Of a DNA stretch of 59,045 nt, positions 57,185 through 59,045 are shown one piece after another. The notes under the pieces were generated by a model that saw only the letters and a list, made by a program, of their open reading frames with translations, had not been told where the DNA came from and searched no databases. Position numbers and translations under genes: made by a program. Position 1 is the stretch's first letter. Every line of letters begins with the position of its first letter. The stretch spans positions 1 through 59,045 of the forward strand of contig JBKDZN010000249.1 in NCBI GenBank assembly GCA_047971245.1, in the 5' to 3' direction. The DNA comes from Acidimicrobiales bacterium (GTDB lineage: Bacteria > Actinomycetota > Acidimicrobiia > Acidimicrobiales > SZUA-35).

Positions 57185-57239
57185 CGCCGCCCGGCTCGCG
57201 TGGGTGGCCGTGGCCCCGGTCGTACTAGGCTCCAGTCGT

Positions 57240-58220
57240 ATGTGGCAACGGGCGGGCCGACGTTGGTCGGGTTCGCCCCGTCAGTGGCTGGTGGCGGGCA
57301 CGACGGTCGTGGCGATCGCCGCCGCGCTCGCGGTGGTGGCCATGGTCGTCCGCCGGGTCGGGGATGATCCTGTGGCGGGGCCGGCGTCATCGGCCGTCCC
57401 CAGCGAACAGGATCTTCTGACCGGCCCGGTCGGACGGTTCGCGTTCGTCCCCGAGGCCGGGCCGGAGCCGGGCACGGCGATCGAGGTGAGCTACTACGCG
57501 CCCGACGGGTCGCTCGCCGATCGGCCGATCCTGATCGTCATGCCGGGCCGGGGCCGCAACGCGGCCGACTACCGCGACGAGTGGAGCGGCGAGGCCCGGC
57601 GGCACGGGGCGGTCCTGCTGGTGCCGGAACTGCCCGCCGACGCCTACCCGCTGGCCGCCTACAACCTCGGCAATCTGGTCGACGACGGGGGCGAACCCAA
57701 CCCGGCTTCGGCGTCGACGTTCGCCGTGGTCGAGGAGTTGTTCGATCATGCGGTCGACGAGCTCTCCTCGGACGCGACGGGCTACTACCTGTACGGGCAC
57801 TCGGCCGGCGCCCAGTTCGTGCACCGGTTCATGCTCTACCAGGGCGACAACCGGGTGGTCCGGGCGGTGTCGGCCAACGCCGGCTGGTACACCGCACCCG
57901 ATCCGACGGTCGACTTCCCCTACGGGACCGACGATGGGCCCGCCGTCGATCTCGACCGGGCCCTCAGCGCTCCGCTCACCGTGCTCGTCGGCTCGGACGA
58001 CACCGATCCCGACGACGACGGTCTCCGCACCACCGGAGGGGCGGAACGGCAGGGAGCCACCCGGCGGGAGCGGGCCGACTACTTCTACGCCCGGGCGGCC
58101 GCCGAGGCCGAGGCTCGGGGGGTCGAGCTGGGGTGGGGGTTCGGCGTGGTCGACGGGGCGGAACACTCCAACCAGCAGATGGTCGCCGCCGCGGCCGAGG
58201 CCTTGTTCAACCCACCGTGA
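57240..58220 (+). CDS. Membrane-anchored alpha/beta hydrolase (LpqC/PahZ1-like polymer hydrolase)
   Basis: TM helix; RNAADYRD, YLYGHSAGAQFVHR nucleophile elbow, ANAGWYT, VGSDD, GAEH. Confidence 0.8.
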   Translation: MWQRAGRRWSGSPRQWLVAGTTVVAIAAALAVVAMVVRRVGDDPVAGPASSAVPSEQDLLTGPVGRFAFVPEAGPEPGTAIEVSYYAPDGSLADRPILIVMPGRGRNAADYRDEWSGEARRHGAVLLVPELPADAYPLAAYNLGNLVDDGGEPNPASASTFAVVEELFDHAVDELSSDATGYYLYGHSAGAQFVHRFMLYQGDNRVVRAVSANAGWYTAPDPTVDFPYGTDDGPAVDLDRALSAPLTVLVGSDDTDPDDDGLRTTGGAERQGATRRERADYFYARAAAEAEARGVELGWGFGVVDGAEHSNQQMVAAAAEALFNPP

Positions 58221-58274
58221 CCCCGGCCCGGGCGTGGCCGGCGGTGGCAGCCCTCGACCACCCGAACCCTCCCC

Positions 58275-58930
58275 TCAGGGTGAGGCGGTGGGCGCGGCGA
58301 CGTCCATGGTGGCCGCACCCGTGGTCGGGTCGTACGTCAGGGCCGGGTTGATCGACCGGTAGTAGGCGGGGGCGTCGTCGGGGCCACAGGCCCGGGGTTG
58401 GAAGGCGACGACGTCGTTGTCGACCTCGAGGCAGCGGACGTCGAAGCTCATGGTCCGCCCCGGTTCGATCGACACCGTGAGGATGTGGCTTCGTCCCGGC
58501 GCCGTGGGGCTGTACCGGCCCGGTGTCCCGAAGACGAAGTTGCCCACCGAGTAGGCGACCGGCACCCCGTCGACCAGTTCGATCGGTTGGCCGAGATGGG
58601 AGCCCGCCCCGATGATCAGGTCGAACCCGGCGTCGACCATGGCCTGCGCCCGCTCCCGCTGGCGGGGCTCGACCGGCGCGTAGTTGCTGCCCCAATGGAC
58701 GTAGGCCACCGTGGTCACCGCCCCGGCCTCGTCGGCCACCGCAACGGCATTGTCGATGTTGTCGTCGGTGAGCCGGAAGGTGCCGGGACGGTCGCGGCGG
58801 GCGGTGTAGGAAGAGTCGGCGTCCTCGAACCCGAATACGGCCAGGCGGCCGTGCGGGGTGTCCACCAGGAGCGGCTCCTGGGCTTGGACCAGGTCGGTTC
58901 CAGCGCCGATGGTGACCAGGCCCGCGCCAC
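58275..58930 (-). pseudogene. CapA/PGA_cap family metallophosphoesterase-like gene, 5'-truncated
   Basis: GAG.DLVQA..P, YVHWGSNY, DAGFDLIIGAGSH and YSVGNFVF C-terminal CapA motifs; upstream of ~58930 the frame loses CapA character. Confidence 0.75.
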
Positions 58931-59045
58931 GCCGTGATCGCTGAACGCGGCGCCGTGATCGCAGAGCGGGAGAAGCTGCTCGGGGAGTCCCGCCGTTCAG
59001 GCAAGCGGCAGGCAGCACCGTTCTCCAAGGGCGACCCCGAACCGG
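58928..59045 (+). mobile_element. IS66-family transposase N-terminal fragment (degenerate, runs off right edge)
   Basis: Frame from 58931 reads AVIAERGAVIAEREKLLGESRRSGKRQAAPFSKGDPEP; coiled coil plus RRxGKRQAAPFSKG is recalled as characteristic of single-ORF IS66-type transposases. Confidence 0.65.

Overview
High-GC actinobacterial DNA; gene content and style suggest Acidimicrobiia (inference). Contents, left to right: an FtsX-type ABC exporter (partial); a ~12 kb exopolysaccharide/glycan cluster (epimerase, a Gfo/Idh/MocA oxidoreductase interrupted by an in-frame TAA, GT4, Wzx-like flippase, three GT2, GT25, acetyltransferase and a membrane-anchored GH74-like hydrolase); a class III cyclase-STAND-TPR protein; 1-Cys peroxiredoxin with an IscR/Rrf2-like operator; LysM lipoprotein, RsgA, S9 peptidase and ferredoxin; a three-gene envelope operon (Ig-like protein, class A PBP, catalytically dead HtrA-like protein); assorted oxidoreductases; a conservon cvnABC with no cvnD GTPase; SF2 helicase; beta-PGM/GH65; Mug; a COG0523-amidohydrolase pair; a truncated globin preceded by an 18-bp VNTR and divergent from a YwiC-like gene; a TPP-riboswitch-controlled ThiXYZ-like operon; and a CapA gene cut at the right end by an IS66-like transposase fragment. 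The strongest hidden signal is a TlpA/redoxin lipoprotein that the ORF track splits in two. Its in-frame TGA sits exactly at the first Cys of the CxxC motif (WAPH-U-TIC) and is followed by a SECIS-like hairpin, so it is a probable exported selenoprotein. No rRNA, tRNA or CRISPR array was recognised. All family calls come from motif recognition, not database searches.
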